Of a stretch of DNA of 55,323 nucleotides, positions 33,784 through 41,661 are shown piece after piece. Position numbers and translations under genes: made by a program. This stretch comes from an uncultured Anaerolineaceae bacterium (lineage in GTDB: Bacteria; Chloroflexota; Limnocylindria; Limnocylindrales; CSP1-4). The DNA lies in assembly GCA_964610835.1 (NCBI GenBank), contig CAZSWK010000005.1, positions 1-55,323 of the forward strand, given 5' to 3'. The notes below the pieces were generated by a model, which was given only the letters and a program-made list of their open reading frames with translations, ran no database searches and was not told the origin of the DNA. Within the stretch, counting starts at the first letter, position 1; every line of letters begins with the position of its first letter.

Positions 33784-34806
33784 CTACATCACCGCCAGCG
33801 CGCGCTCGACGGCCAGGTCCGCGCGGAACGCGCGATCAACCAGCGCACGAATCCGATACGCGACCGCTACGCCCTTGTCGTCGAGCGTGGCCGGCGCGTC
33901 TCCCGGAATCGGAACCCGAACCGTGACGCCTTCGCGGAAGGCCTCCGGGTCGAGCGTCGTCGAAAACAGGACGAGGTCGTTCAGGCTCACCGGCGCCTTG
34001 ATGTCTGCCTGGAGCTCGAGCCGCGCTGCGCGACCAGACCCGGCGCTCGGCCAGGTCACCGTCACCTCAGTCTCTGCCCCGGCGACGACGGGCGGCAGCG
34101 GCTTGACGGCGATCGTGGCATCGCCGGCCTGCCAGACATCGAACAGGGCACCGGAGTCCAGTCGAACTGCGCCCGAGCGCAGGTAGTCGATGTTCTGCCT
34201 GACGTCGACCAGCGCCGCGACCCGCTCGTCGCCGTGCATCGCGATGTCCCAGCGAGCGTCGAGTGCCCAGGCGAGGATGGCGCTGCCGAGGTGGGCGGTC
34301 ACCGGTCCCAGGCGCGGGGCTGGCAGGTTGAAGTCGGACTCGAATACCTGTCCTGCGGCCAGCGTGGCCGGCAGGACCGGCTCGGTGAACGGCAGTTCCT
34401 CGAACAATTTGCCGCTGACCTCGACCCAGTCCTCCCGGTTCGTGACACGGCCCTGGCCGTCACGATCCTCCCGTGACTTGGCGCGCTCGGCCAGCAATGC
34501 GCCAACCAGGCGCAGGTTAGCTGAGCGCGCGTTTATGTCACGCCGCGCCGTCACCCGGATGTGTCCGCCCAGCCCCTCACCGATGCGCACCGGACCGTTG
34601 ATGGTGATCTCTCCAGCGAGTCCACCGGTTGTCGTGCGCACCAGCTCACCCACGTCGATCGCCGCCAGCGGGTGGCTGTTCTGTGGGCCTGCGAGGCGAC
34701 CGCCGTCGACCGCGTCGAACGGCGTCGGTGCACTGCCCGACTTACCGAACACGCTCCAGGACTGGGAGCCGCTGGCCAGCACTGCCGCACGGAATCCGTC
34801 GGCCAT
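33784..34806 (-). CDS. Hypothetical protein, possibly arrestin/Spo0M-like beta-sandwich
   Basis: Two beta-rich halves; F.LPAP..GP-type segment and 'VAYRIRALVDRAFRADL' C-terminus; SD within the end of the upstream gene, 3-nt gap. Confidence 0.55.
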   Translation of the reverse strand: MADGFRAAVLASGSQSWSVFGKSGSAPTPFDAVDGGRLAGPQNSHPLAAIDVGELVRTTTGGLAGEITINGPVRIGEGLGGHIRVTARRDINARSANLRLVGALLAERAKSREDRDGQGRVTNREDWVEVSGKLFEELPFTEPVLPATLAAGQVFESDFNLPAPRLGPVTAHLGSAILAWALDARWDIAMHGDERVAALVDVRQNIDYLRSGAVRLDSGALFDVWQAGDATIAVKPLPPVVAGAETEVTVTWPSAGSGRAARLELQADIKAPVSLNDLVLFSTTLDPEAFREGVTVRVPIPGDAPATLDDKGVAVAYRIRALVDRAFRADLAVERALAVM

Positions 34807-34809
34807 GGG

Positions 34810-36096
34810 TCACCCTCCTTTGCTTATCGTCGCTCGCAGCCGACCGACGAGTCGGCCAGCCGGCGCCGCGGCCGGTGCCCACTCGATCGACTGCGCGCCA
34901 ACGAATATCAGGTACTCGCGCAGCGCCTCGCGCAGCGCGCTCACGAAGCCCTCCGCCCGCCGGGGCGCAAAGCCGTTCTCCCAGGACATGCTCAACACAT
35001 GCAGCACCTTCGCCTTGCGGTCGAGGCGCGGTTCGATGCGCCCGACCAGCCGCTCGCCGAATAGGATCGGCAGCACGTAGTAGCCCCAGCGGCGCCTGGG
35101 TTCGGGTACGTAGACCTCCCAGATGTACTCGAAGTCCCAGAGTTCTCTGAGCAGCCGCCGGTCCCACATCAGCGGATCGAGCGGGGCGATGAAGGCCACC
35201 GACGGGTGGGCGAAGGCGGCATACGACGGGTCGGCCGCCCGGGCCAGGTGAGGAAGGTCGCTGGCCAGGACATACCGACCGTTGCGCAGGCCTTCGACCT
35301 CGACGGGCACCAGCTCACCGCGTTCGACCAGCTCCGCCGTCCGGCGGCGGCGCTCGGCGGCGTTGCCGGTGCCGTACATGAGCTCGGCCGGTGCCGACGG
35401 TGACGTCAGTCCGGCCGCGCGGAAACGCGAAAGGAGCCGGTGCAGCGTGGCGTCCTCTTCGCTCTCGCGGCGCAGCAGCACCTCTTCCGGCACGAGCCGC
35501 TCGATCAGGTCGTAGAAGCGGCGATTGCCCTCGCGCCGCGCCACGCCGACGCGGCCGGACACGAACAGTGCCTCGAGCACCGCACGGGCGACGCGGGTGG
35601 GCGCCCACCACCAGTCGATGGCGTGGTCGTGCTCTGCGAATGCGGCCGTCGACAGTGGCCCCTCGGCGGCGATGCGCTGCAAGATCGAATGCGCCACCTC
35701 CGCCTGCTCGCGCAGGATGCCGTCGGCGTAGCGCTCGGCGTAGTGCTGCCAGCTGATGCGGTAGTGCGGCAACTCGTCGAGCGGCACGATGTTGAGGCTC
35801 TTGTTGTAGATCTCGAACAGCCGCCGCTCATCGCCGTACAGCCAGCGCTCGCACCACTCGCGCCGGTAGCCGGCGATGCGCGCGTGGAGGGCCAGGTCAT
35901 GGTTGCGCGCGCCCGTCACTTCGAGCGGATCGAACTGGAGCAGGCCCAGCCGCGCAATGGCGGCGAGCACGCTGCCGGGCTGCGCGGGCAGCGCGCGTGC
36001 CGGTGCCAGGCCGTGACGCAGGACCATGAAGCGGCGCGCGGTTGCGCGGTCGATCTGCGCGATCTGTTCGGCCTGCCTGGCGGGTGACGCGTCCAT
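34810..36096 (-). CDS. YcaQ/AlkZ family winged-helix DNA glycosylase (HTH_42)
   Basis: LQFDPL (QxD-type motif), LFEIY, RFYDLIER, FIAPLDPLMWDR, WEVYVPEPRRRWGYYVLPILFGERLVGRIE. Confidence 0.9.
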   Translation of the reverse strand: MDASPARQAEQIAQIDRATARRFMVLRHGLAPARALPAQPGSVLAAIARLGLLQFDPLEVTGARNHDLALHARIAGYRREWCERWLYGDERRLFEIYNKSLNIVPLDELPHYRISWQHYAERYADGILREQAEVAHSILQRIAAEGPLSTAAFAEHDHAIDWWWAPTRVARAVLEALFVSGRVGVARREGNRRFYDLIERLVPEEVLLRRESEEDATLHRLLSRFRAAGLTSPSAPAELMYGTGNAAERRRRTAELVERGELVPVEVEGLRNGRYVLASDLPHLARAADPSYAAFAHPSVAFIAPLDPLMWDRRLLRELWDFEYIWEVYVPEPRRRWGYYVLPILFGERLVGRIEPRLDRKAKVLHVLSMSWENGFAPRRAEGFVSALREALREYLIFVGAQSIEWAPAAAPAGRLVGRLRATISKGG

Positions 36097-36118
36097 CCTT
36101 ACCTATACTCGATTACGA

Positions 36119-37330
36119 ATGGCAACCACGCGCGACTACTACGAAATCCTGGGCGTGGCTCGCGGTGCGACCGACGAAGAGATCAAGCGCTCCTTCCGCA
36201 AGCTGGCCCAGCAATGGCATCCCGACGTGAACACCTCGACCGAGGCGGACGTGCGGTTCAAGGAGATCAACGAGGCCTACCAGGTGCTGTCCGACCCGCA
36301 GCGCCGGCAGGCCTACGACATGTTCGGGCATGCCGGCGTGGGCGGTGCCGGCGAGGGCTTTGATCCTTTCGGCGGATTCGGCGGCCAGGCCGGCTTCGGT
36401 GGCTTCGGTGACCTGTTCGACGCGTTCTTTGGCGGCGCCGCCGGTGGCATGGGCCGCCGTCAACGCGTCCCCACCGGCGCGGACCTGCGTTACGACCTGC
36501 GCCTGACCTTTGCCGAGTCGATCAACGGCGCGGAGAAGGAGATCGAGTTCACCGCCCTGGCGCGCTGCGAGACGTGCGACGGCAGCGGCGCCGAGCCCGG
36601 CACCCAGCCGGTCACCTGCACGCGCTGCGGCGGCAGCGGCGAACTGCGGGCGGTGCGTTCGACGATGCTCGGCCAGATCGTCAACGTGACCGTGTGCGAC
36701 CGCTGCCACGGGACGGGCAAGTTGGTCGAGACCCCCTGCCATACCTGCCGCGGCGACGGCCGCGTCGAACGCAAGCGACACCTGCGCGTAACCGTGCCCG
36801 CGGGTATCGACGATGGGCACCAGATCCGCCTCACCGGCGAGGGCGAGGCTGCCCCGCGCGGCGGAGTTCCCGGCAACCTGTACGTGGTCGCCCATGTTGC
36901 CGCGCACCCGGCGCTGCGCCGGCAGGATACGGAGCTGTACTACGAGCTGTCGCTGTCCATCACCCAGGCCGCCCTGGGTGCGAGCGTACGCGTACCCACC
37001 GCCGACGGCGAGGAGACCGTCGATATTCGACCGGGTACCCAGGCCGGCAGTGAGATACGGCTGCGTGGTCGCGGCGTCCCGCACCTCCGCCGGGCGGGCG
37101 TGCGTGGCGATGTCCACGTGCTGGTCGATGTCCGGGTGCCCACCCGCCTGTCCAGCCGCCAGCGGGAGCTGCTCGAGCAGCTGGCCGCGGAGATGGGCGA
37201 GGCCGACGAGACGGCCGACGGGAAGGCGCCGGGGGACGGCGCCGCGGGTGCCGCTCGCCGCAAGCGGGCCACGAACCGGCGCGGTCGGGGACCGGGTATC
37301 CGCGATCGCCTGCGGGACGCGATCAGCTGA
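36119..37330 (+). CDS. dnaJ: Chaperone DnaJ
   Basis: DYYEILG, WHPD, G/F-rich region, four CxxCxGxG repeats; ATG 36119 after TATACT. Confidence 0.98.
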   Translation: MATTRDYYEILGVARGATDEEIKRSFRKLAQQWHPDVNTSTEADVRFKEINEAYQVLSDPQRRQAYDMFGHAGVGGAGEGFDPFGGFGGQAGFGGFGDLFDAFFGGAAGGMGRRQRVPTGADLRYDLRLTFAESINGAEKEIEFTALARCETCDGSGAEPGTQPVTCTRCGGSGELRAVRSTMLGQIVNVTVCDRCHGTGKLVETPCHTCRGDGRVERKRHLRVTVPAGIDDGHQIRLTGEGEAAPRGGVPGNLYVVAHVAAHPALRRQDTELYYELSLSITQAALGASVRVPTADGEETVDIRPGTQAGSEIRLRGRGVPHLRRAGVRGDVHVLVDVRVPTRLSSRQRELLEQLAAEMGEADETADGKAPGDGAAGAARRKRATNRRGRGPGIRDRLRDAIS

Positions 37331-38292
37331 GCGAAGAGGGCGCGAGCGCCGGCGGCAGCTGGATCGAGCTCTCGGTCAGCGCCGACAGCGAGGCGGTCGA
37401 ACAGGTGAGCGAGATCGTCGCCCGCGTGTGCTCCGGCGGGGTGGCGGTCGAGGCGCCCTTCGAAACGATTGAGGAGGGCCTCGCGGCGCGTGTCGACACG
37501 ACCCGGCCCGCAGTCGTCCGCGGCTACGTGCCGGCGCTCGACCGCCGTGCAGCAGACGCGGCGGTTGACGAGGTGCGCCGCGCCCTGGGCCATCTGCAGG
37601 CATTTGAGCTGCGGCCGATCGGTGAACTGCAAACGCGAGTGGTCCACGAGGAAGACTGGGCAGAGGCGTGGAAGGGGCACTTCCCGGTGCTGCGCGTCGG
37701 TCGTCGGTTGGTCATCCGGCCGACTTGGCGGGAACACCAGGCGCACCACGGCGAAGTGGTCATCTCGCTTGATCCGGGCATGGCCTTTGGCACCGGCTTG
37801 CATCCCACCACGCGCCTGTGCCTGGCCGGCCTGGAGACGTGGGCCGACGCCGGCCTGGTGGCCGGCGCGCAGGTGCTCGACGTGGGCAGCGGATCGGGCA
37901 TCCTGGCCATCGCCGCGGGCTTGTTCGGGGCGTCATCAGTGCTGGCGGTCGACACCGACCCGCTGGCGGTCGAGATCGGCCGGCGCAACGCGGAGCTCAA
38001 TCGACTGGGCCACGTCGTCCAGGTCCGACGCGGCAGTCTGCCCTTGGCCGAGCCGGCGACGTTCAGGCTGGTCCTCGCCAACCTGATCGCCGGCCTGTTG
38101 GTCGACCTCGCTTCCGAACTGGCAAAGGTCGTCGCGCCGGGCGGTCGGCTGCTGGCCGGCGGCATCTTTCACGAGCGCGAAGCGGACGTGCGGTCTGCGT
38201 TCGACGGCGCGGGACTGCAGGTGGTGGCGCGTTTCGTCGAGGACGATTGGGTCGCGCTCGACTGCACCGCTGGCGAAGCCGATGCTGGCTGA
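37327..38292 (+). CDS. prmA: Ribosomal protein L11 methyltransferase (start probably upstream of the tracked GTG 37405)
   Basis: EEDWAEAWK, DPGMAFGTGLHPTT, LDVGSGSGIL, ANL. In-frame WIELSVSADSEAVEQV lies upstream of 37405; CTG 37327 overlaps the dnaJ stop. Confidence 0.9.
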   Translation: MSEEGASAGGSWIELSVSADSEAVEQVSEIVARVCSGGVAVEAPFETIEEGLAARVDTTRPAVVRGYVPALDRRAADAAVDEVRRALGHLQAFELRPIGELQTRVVHEEDWAEAWKGHFPVLRVGRRLVIRPTWREHQAHHGEVVISLDPGMAFGTGLHPTTRLCLAGLETWADAGLVAGAQVLDVGSGSGILAIAAGLFGASSVLAVDTDPLAVEIGRRNAELNRLGHVVQVRRGSLPLAEPATFRLVLANLIAGLLVDLASELAKVVAPGGRLLAGGIFHEREADVRSAFDGAGLQVVARFVEDDWVALDCTAGEADAG

Positions 38293-38755
38293 CCTGCTGC
38301 CGGCGTTGATCGCCGCGCACGTGCTGCTGGCCGTGTCGCTCGTTCTGCCGAGCATCCTGCTGCCCTTCGGCATGCGGCTCCGGCGTGCATCGTCGACGCC
38401 GATCGAACCGGGCCGGATCTCGCGCGCCCTGTACCGGCTTCAGCGCCACGCGTCGCTGTGGATCGGCGGTGGGCTGGCCGTCACCGGCGGCCTGCTGGTG
38501 CTCGCCATCGGCGAGCACGTTCTGGCCCAGCCCTGGCTGCTGCTGGCGCTGGTCCTGTACGCGATCGATCTGCTGGTGGCGCTTTTCATCCAGCGCCCGG
38601 CGCTGGCCCGCCTGTTGGGCCTGCGCCCGGGAACGAGCCAGGCCGACAGGGAGCGCTGGCTGGGCTGGGCGCGCCGGCAGCGCTACGTGAGCTACCTGAT
38701 GGCGCTGCTGGTCGGTGTCATCGCCATGCTGATGATGGCCAAGCCCCAGCTGTAG
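38282..38755 (+). CDS. DUF2269-like 4-TM membrane protein
   Basis: HVLLAV, TGGLLV, PWLLLALVLY, LMMAKP C-terminus. Confidence 0.7.
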   Translation: MLADLLPALIAAHVLLAVSLVLPSILLPFGMRLRRASSTPIEPGRISRALYRLQRHASLWIGGGLAVTGGLLVLAIGEHVLAQPWLLLALVLYAIDLLVALFIQRPALARLLGLRPGTSQADRERWLGWARRQRYVSYLMALLVGVIAMLMMAKPQL

Positions 38756-38789
38756 CGCCCAGCCCGCTCGCCGGCCTTAAGATCGCGCC

Positions 38790-39140
38790 ATGGCCGACAC
38801 GGATTGCCTCTTCTGCCTTATCGCCCGGGGCGAGATCCCGGCCGACGTGGTGCATCGCGACGACGACGTCGTTGCGTTTCGCGACATCAACCCGCGGGCA
38901 CCCACGCACATCCTGATCGTGCCGATCCGTCACATCGAGTCCGCGGCCGAGCTCACCGAAGCGGAAGGTCCGCTGCTCGGTCGCCTGTTCGCGGTCGCCG
39001 CACAGATCGCGCGCGACGCGGGCGTCGCCGAGCACGGCTACCGGCTGGTCACCAATTCCGGGCCCGCTGCGGGTCAGACGGTGCCGCACCTGCACTTCCA
39101 CCTGATGGGCGGCCGATCGATGGGCTGGCCACCCGGCTAA
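38790..39140 (+). CDS. Histidine triad (HIT) nucleotide-binding protein
   Basis: CLFC, FRDINPRAPTH, GQTVPHLHFH. Confidence 0.95.
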   Translation: MADTDCLFCLIARGEIPADVVHRDDDVVAFRDINPRAPTHILIVPIRHIESAAELTEAEGPLLGRLFAVAAQIARDAGVAEHGYRLVTNSGPAAGQTVPHLHFHLMGGRSMGWPPG

Positions 39141-40879
39141 CCATCCTGCTCGACCAGCGCGAGGGGCGCCTGCACGTCGGCCCAGCGCTGGATTTCGGAG
39201 CGCCTGATCTTGAGCGTGTGCGTGCGCGGGAAGTCGGCCTCCGGCCAGATCCGGAAGTCGGCTACGCGCTGGTGGACGGCCAGGCGAGCGTTGGCTGAGC
39301 GAATGAGCGGCTCGATCCGTGCTCTCAGCGCGGCCTCCTCCTCGGGCGTCGCTGGAGGTGGAGGCGCCGGTGAGTTGGGCGTGATCAGCGGCGGGGCGTC
39401 CGGTGACAGCACGACGACCTCGATGCGCCCGGGTGATGTCTCGATGACGACGGCCTGCTCGAGACCGGCATCGGCCAGGACGTTTTCGATGTCCTCGGGG
39501 TACACGTTCAGGCCGCTGGGCAGCACGATGATGTTCTTCGTCCGTCCGAGCAGGACGAGGTTGCCGCGCTCGTTGAAGCGACCCACGTCGCCGGTCCGGT
39601 ACCAGCCGTCATCGGTCTTGGCCGCGGCAGTGGCCGCCTCGTCCTGCCAATAGCCCTGGAAGATCGTGGCGCCGCCGATCAGTATCTCGCCCGTCTCCGG
39701 GGCGAGGCGCAGCTGGACCGGCTCGGTGACTTTGCCCACGGTGTCGGTCGGGTGGTCGCTCTCGCGCGTCGCCGCGACCGGCCCGCACTCGGTGGCCCCG
39801 TAGCCCTGGAGCACGACCACGCCGAGCGCCTGCCAGTTCTCCTGCAGCGCGGGCGGCAGGTAGGCGCCGGCACTCACCATCAGCCGCAGCGCGCCACCAA
39901 GTTGGCGATGCACCTGGCGAAACAGCAGCCGCCGCGCCCAGTAGGGCAGCCAGCGGGCGATATTGAGGGCACGCCGGAAGGTCTTCTCGCGGCCCTGGCG
40001 CTTGACTTCGCGCTCGAGGCCCAGCCAGAAGATCTCGAGCAGTTGGGGCACGAGGACCATCGTGGTCACGCGCTCCTCGCGCAGCGCATCGAAGATCACG
40101 CGCGGAGTGCGCGAGCGAACCCACCTGATGTGGGCCCCGATCATCGTCCCGTACATGATGATCGGCGCCTGCTCGAAGAGGTGCGAGGCGGGCAGCAGGC
40201 TCACCGTGCGGTGCTCGCGCGGCGGCAGGATCTTATCGATCGCCTCGAGGGTGGCCAGGATATTGCCGTGGGTCAGCATCACGCCCTTCGGCACACCGGT
40301 CGTGCCCGACGTGTAGATGACCTCGAACAGACTCTCGCGGGTGGGCTGCGGCCAGGCATCGACCTGGGACTCCCAGTCGGCCGGGAAAGAGGCCGGGGCG
40401 CCTTCGTCGGTGCCTGCTGCGTTCTCGTGCGACGGTTCCGAGGCGAGCCACTCGACGGTGTGGATGCTCAGGTGTTCGAGGCCCGAGCCCTGCGCTTCCG
40501 GAGCGTCGAACCCGGTGCCGATCGCCAGAAAGCGCGCGCCGGCGCTGTCGGCGATGCGTTTGAGGACCTCGGGCGCCATGCGCAGGTCGAGCGGAACGAT
40601 GACGACGCCCGCGCGCATCGCCCCGAAGTAGACGGCCGGCAGCGCGGGCGTCGAGGGGCTCCAGGTGAGCAGCCGGTCGCCATTCTTCAAGCCCAGCTCG
40701 CGTAGCCGCCAGGCGACCAGCTTCGAGTGATAGACCACGTCCTGCGCCGCCCATGGCAGCTGGCTCCCCTCGTCCGTATGCAGGACCATCTGCTCGCGAC
40801 CGTGCCACCGCTGCGCCGCGTCCTCGATCAGGTCGAGCAGCGAGTCGAACTTGTGCGGGTCGGGTACCGGCCAGGCCAT
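39137..40879 (-). CDS. AMP-binding enzyme (long-chain acyl-CoA synthetase-like)
   Basis: YTSGTTGVPKG, QGYGATE, WYRTGD, GRTKNII; start MAWPVPD placed 8 nt after TAGACT. Confidence 0.92.
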   Translation of the reverse strand: MAWPVPDPHKFDSLLDLIEDAAQRWHGREQMVLHTDEGSQLPWAAQDVVYHSKLVAWRLRELGLKNGDRLLTWSPSTPALPAVYFGAMRAGVVIVPLDLRMAPEVLKRIADSAGARFLAIGTGFDAPEAQGSGLEHLSIHTVEWLASEPSHENAAGTDEGAPASFPADWESQVDAWPQPTRESLFEVIYTSGTTGVPKGVMLTHGNILATLEAIDKILPPREHRTVSLLPASHLFEQAPIIMYGTMIGAHIRWVRSRTPRVIFDALREERVTTMVLVPQLLEIFWLGLEREVKRQGREKTFRRALNIARWLPYWARRLLFRQVHRQLGGALRLMVSAGAYLPPALQENWQALGVVVLQGYGATECGPVAATRESDHPTDTVGKVTEPVQLRLAPETGEILIGGATIFQGYWQDEAATAAAKTDDGWYRTGDVGRFNERGNLVLLGRTKNIIVLPSGLNVYPEDIENVLADAGLEQAVVIETSPGRIEVVVLSPDAPPLITPNSPAPPPPATPEEEAALRARIEPLIRSANARLAVHQRVADFRIWPEADFPRTHTLKIRRSEIQRWADVQAPLALVEQDG

Positions 40880-40957
40880 TGCCGGCGAGTCTATTGCCGC
40901 GCGGGCCTGCTCCGGGCGGCAGCCTGCCACGTCCGGCTGCCCTTGGCCCGCGCTGAA

Positions 40958-41012
40958 CCGGCCGGGGCTTCCAGCCAAGACGCCGGCCGGGGCTTCCAGC
41001 CAAGACGCCGGC
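40958..41012. repeat. 25-nt perfect tandem repeat (2 copies plus 5 nt)
   Basis: CCGGCCGGGGCTTCCAGCCAAGACG at 40958-40982 and 40983-41007. Confidence 0.9.
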
Positions 41013-41391
41013 TGGACACTCCGCCGCCGACTATCTGTGCTAACTACAGTCAGGGCACCGTTATCTAGGTGGCGCGCCTGCCTTTCTCAGCTAACTCGGT
41101 GTATTTCGCCAGTAAGGCCAGTTGCCGCGGCCGTCTCACGCTTGGCGCACGGCTATCCTCCGCTGCCCAGTCGGACAACGGTGCCCACGGCGCAGTTAGC
41201 CGAAGTAGCCGTGGTCTGTCCATCACGTTCAACTTCGCCGGCTGTCGTTGCGCCAAACGCACGCCTCGTCCGCATACCGGCCATCCAGGGCTTGAAAAGC
41301 GGCATCCTGCTGCCGGAGCAACGTTTCCAGCGGGCGTGCAGGAGGCTCGGTGCAATGGCACCACCGATTCGCCTCGTGGCGTGAGCCCTGC
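41013..41391 (-). ncRNA. Candidate large structured RNA; 3' part RNase P RNA-like but non-canonical
   Basis: Many helices with G-U pairs that work only on the minus strand, a cUUCGg loop, a 10-bp long-range complement (41053-41062 with 41177-41186), and collinear RNase P-like landmarks; no convincing ORF. Confidence 0.55.
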
Positions 41392-41398
41392 GCCGGCC

Positions 41399-41448
41399 CA
41401 CCACGTGTCTTTCGGGTCTGATCACATCGCAAAGTGGGACACGTGGTG
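41399..41448. repeat. Inverted repeat / hairpin
   Basis: CACCACGTGTC (41399-41409) and GACACGTGGTG (41438-41448), perfect 11 bp. Confidence 0.75.
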
Positions 41449-41501
41449 CGCCTGGCGCAAGTGGCGGGTCCTCGTCGCGGCCACGCGCGAAGTACGGGCG
41501 A

Positions 41502-41531
41502 TTGCGGTTTGACGCCTACTCGCGGTAGACT
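41502..41531 (+). promoter_or_regulatory. Candidate promoter for rpsU-yqeY
   Basis: TTGCGG, 18-nt spacer, TAGACT. Confidence 0.45.
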
Positions 41532-41661
41532 GCGGCGGCCCGTGGCGCGGGTGATGGCGACGTCTATCTCGACTTCGCTCCGCGCAGACCATGGATCGGG
41601 ATCCGGCGCCGAGACATAGAAGATGGGCGTGCAGTCGTGCCGGCGGGAGGTGATACCGGAA

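Noticed and set aside
24006-36118. Accessory block as a prophage, ICE or composite transposon
   Set aside because: No integrase, transposase or phage gene, no flanking tRNA or att duplication, and composition looks native.
36097-36118. Second CIRCE before dnaJ
   Set aside because: No TTAGCACTC or GAGTGCTAA-like arm is present.
40958-41012. 25-nt direct repeats as a CRISPR array
   Set aside because: Only two abutting copies, no spacers, no cas genes.
41065-41364. 99-aa minus-strand ORF (and the 147-aa plus-strand ORF 41069-41512)
   Set aside because: No SD, rare codons for this genome (TTA, AAA), no recognisable motif; the sequence is better explained by RNA structure.
41355-41368. GGTGGTGCC on the minus strand as a T-box
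   Set aside because: No stem I or terminator, and no aminoacyl-tRNA synthetase or amino-acid gene downstream.
41013-41391. Calling the structured region a canonical rnpB, tmRNA, SRP RNA, 6S RNA or group I/II intron
   Set aside because: No exact GAGGAAAGUCC or CGGCUUA, no tRNA-like TPsiC/CCA end or tag ORF, no SRP loop motif, no group II domain V and no interrupted host gene. Reported only as a candidate.
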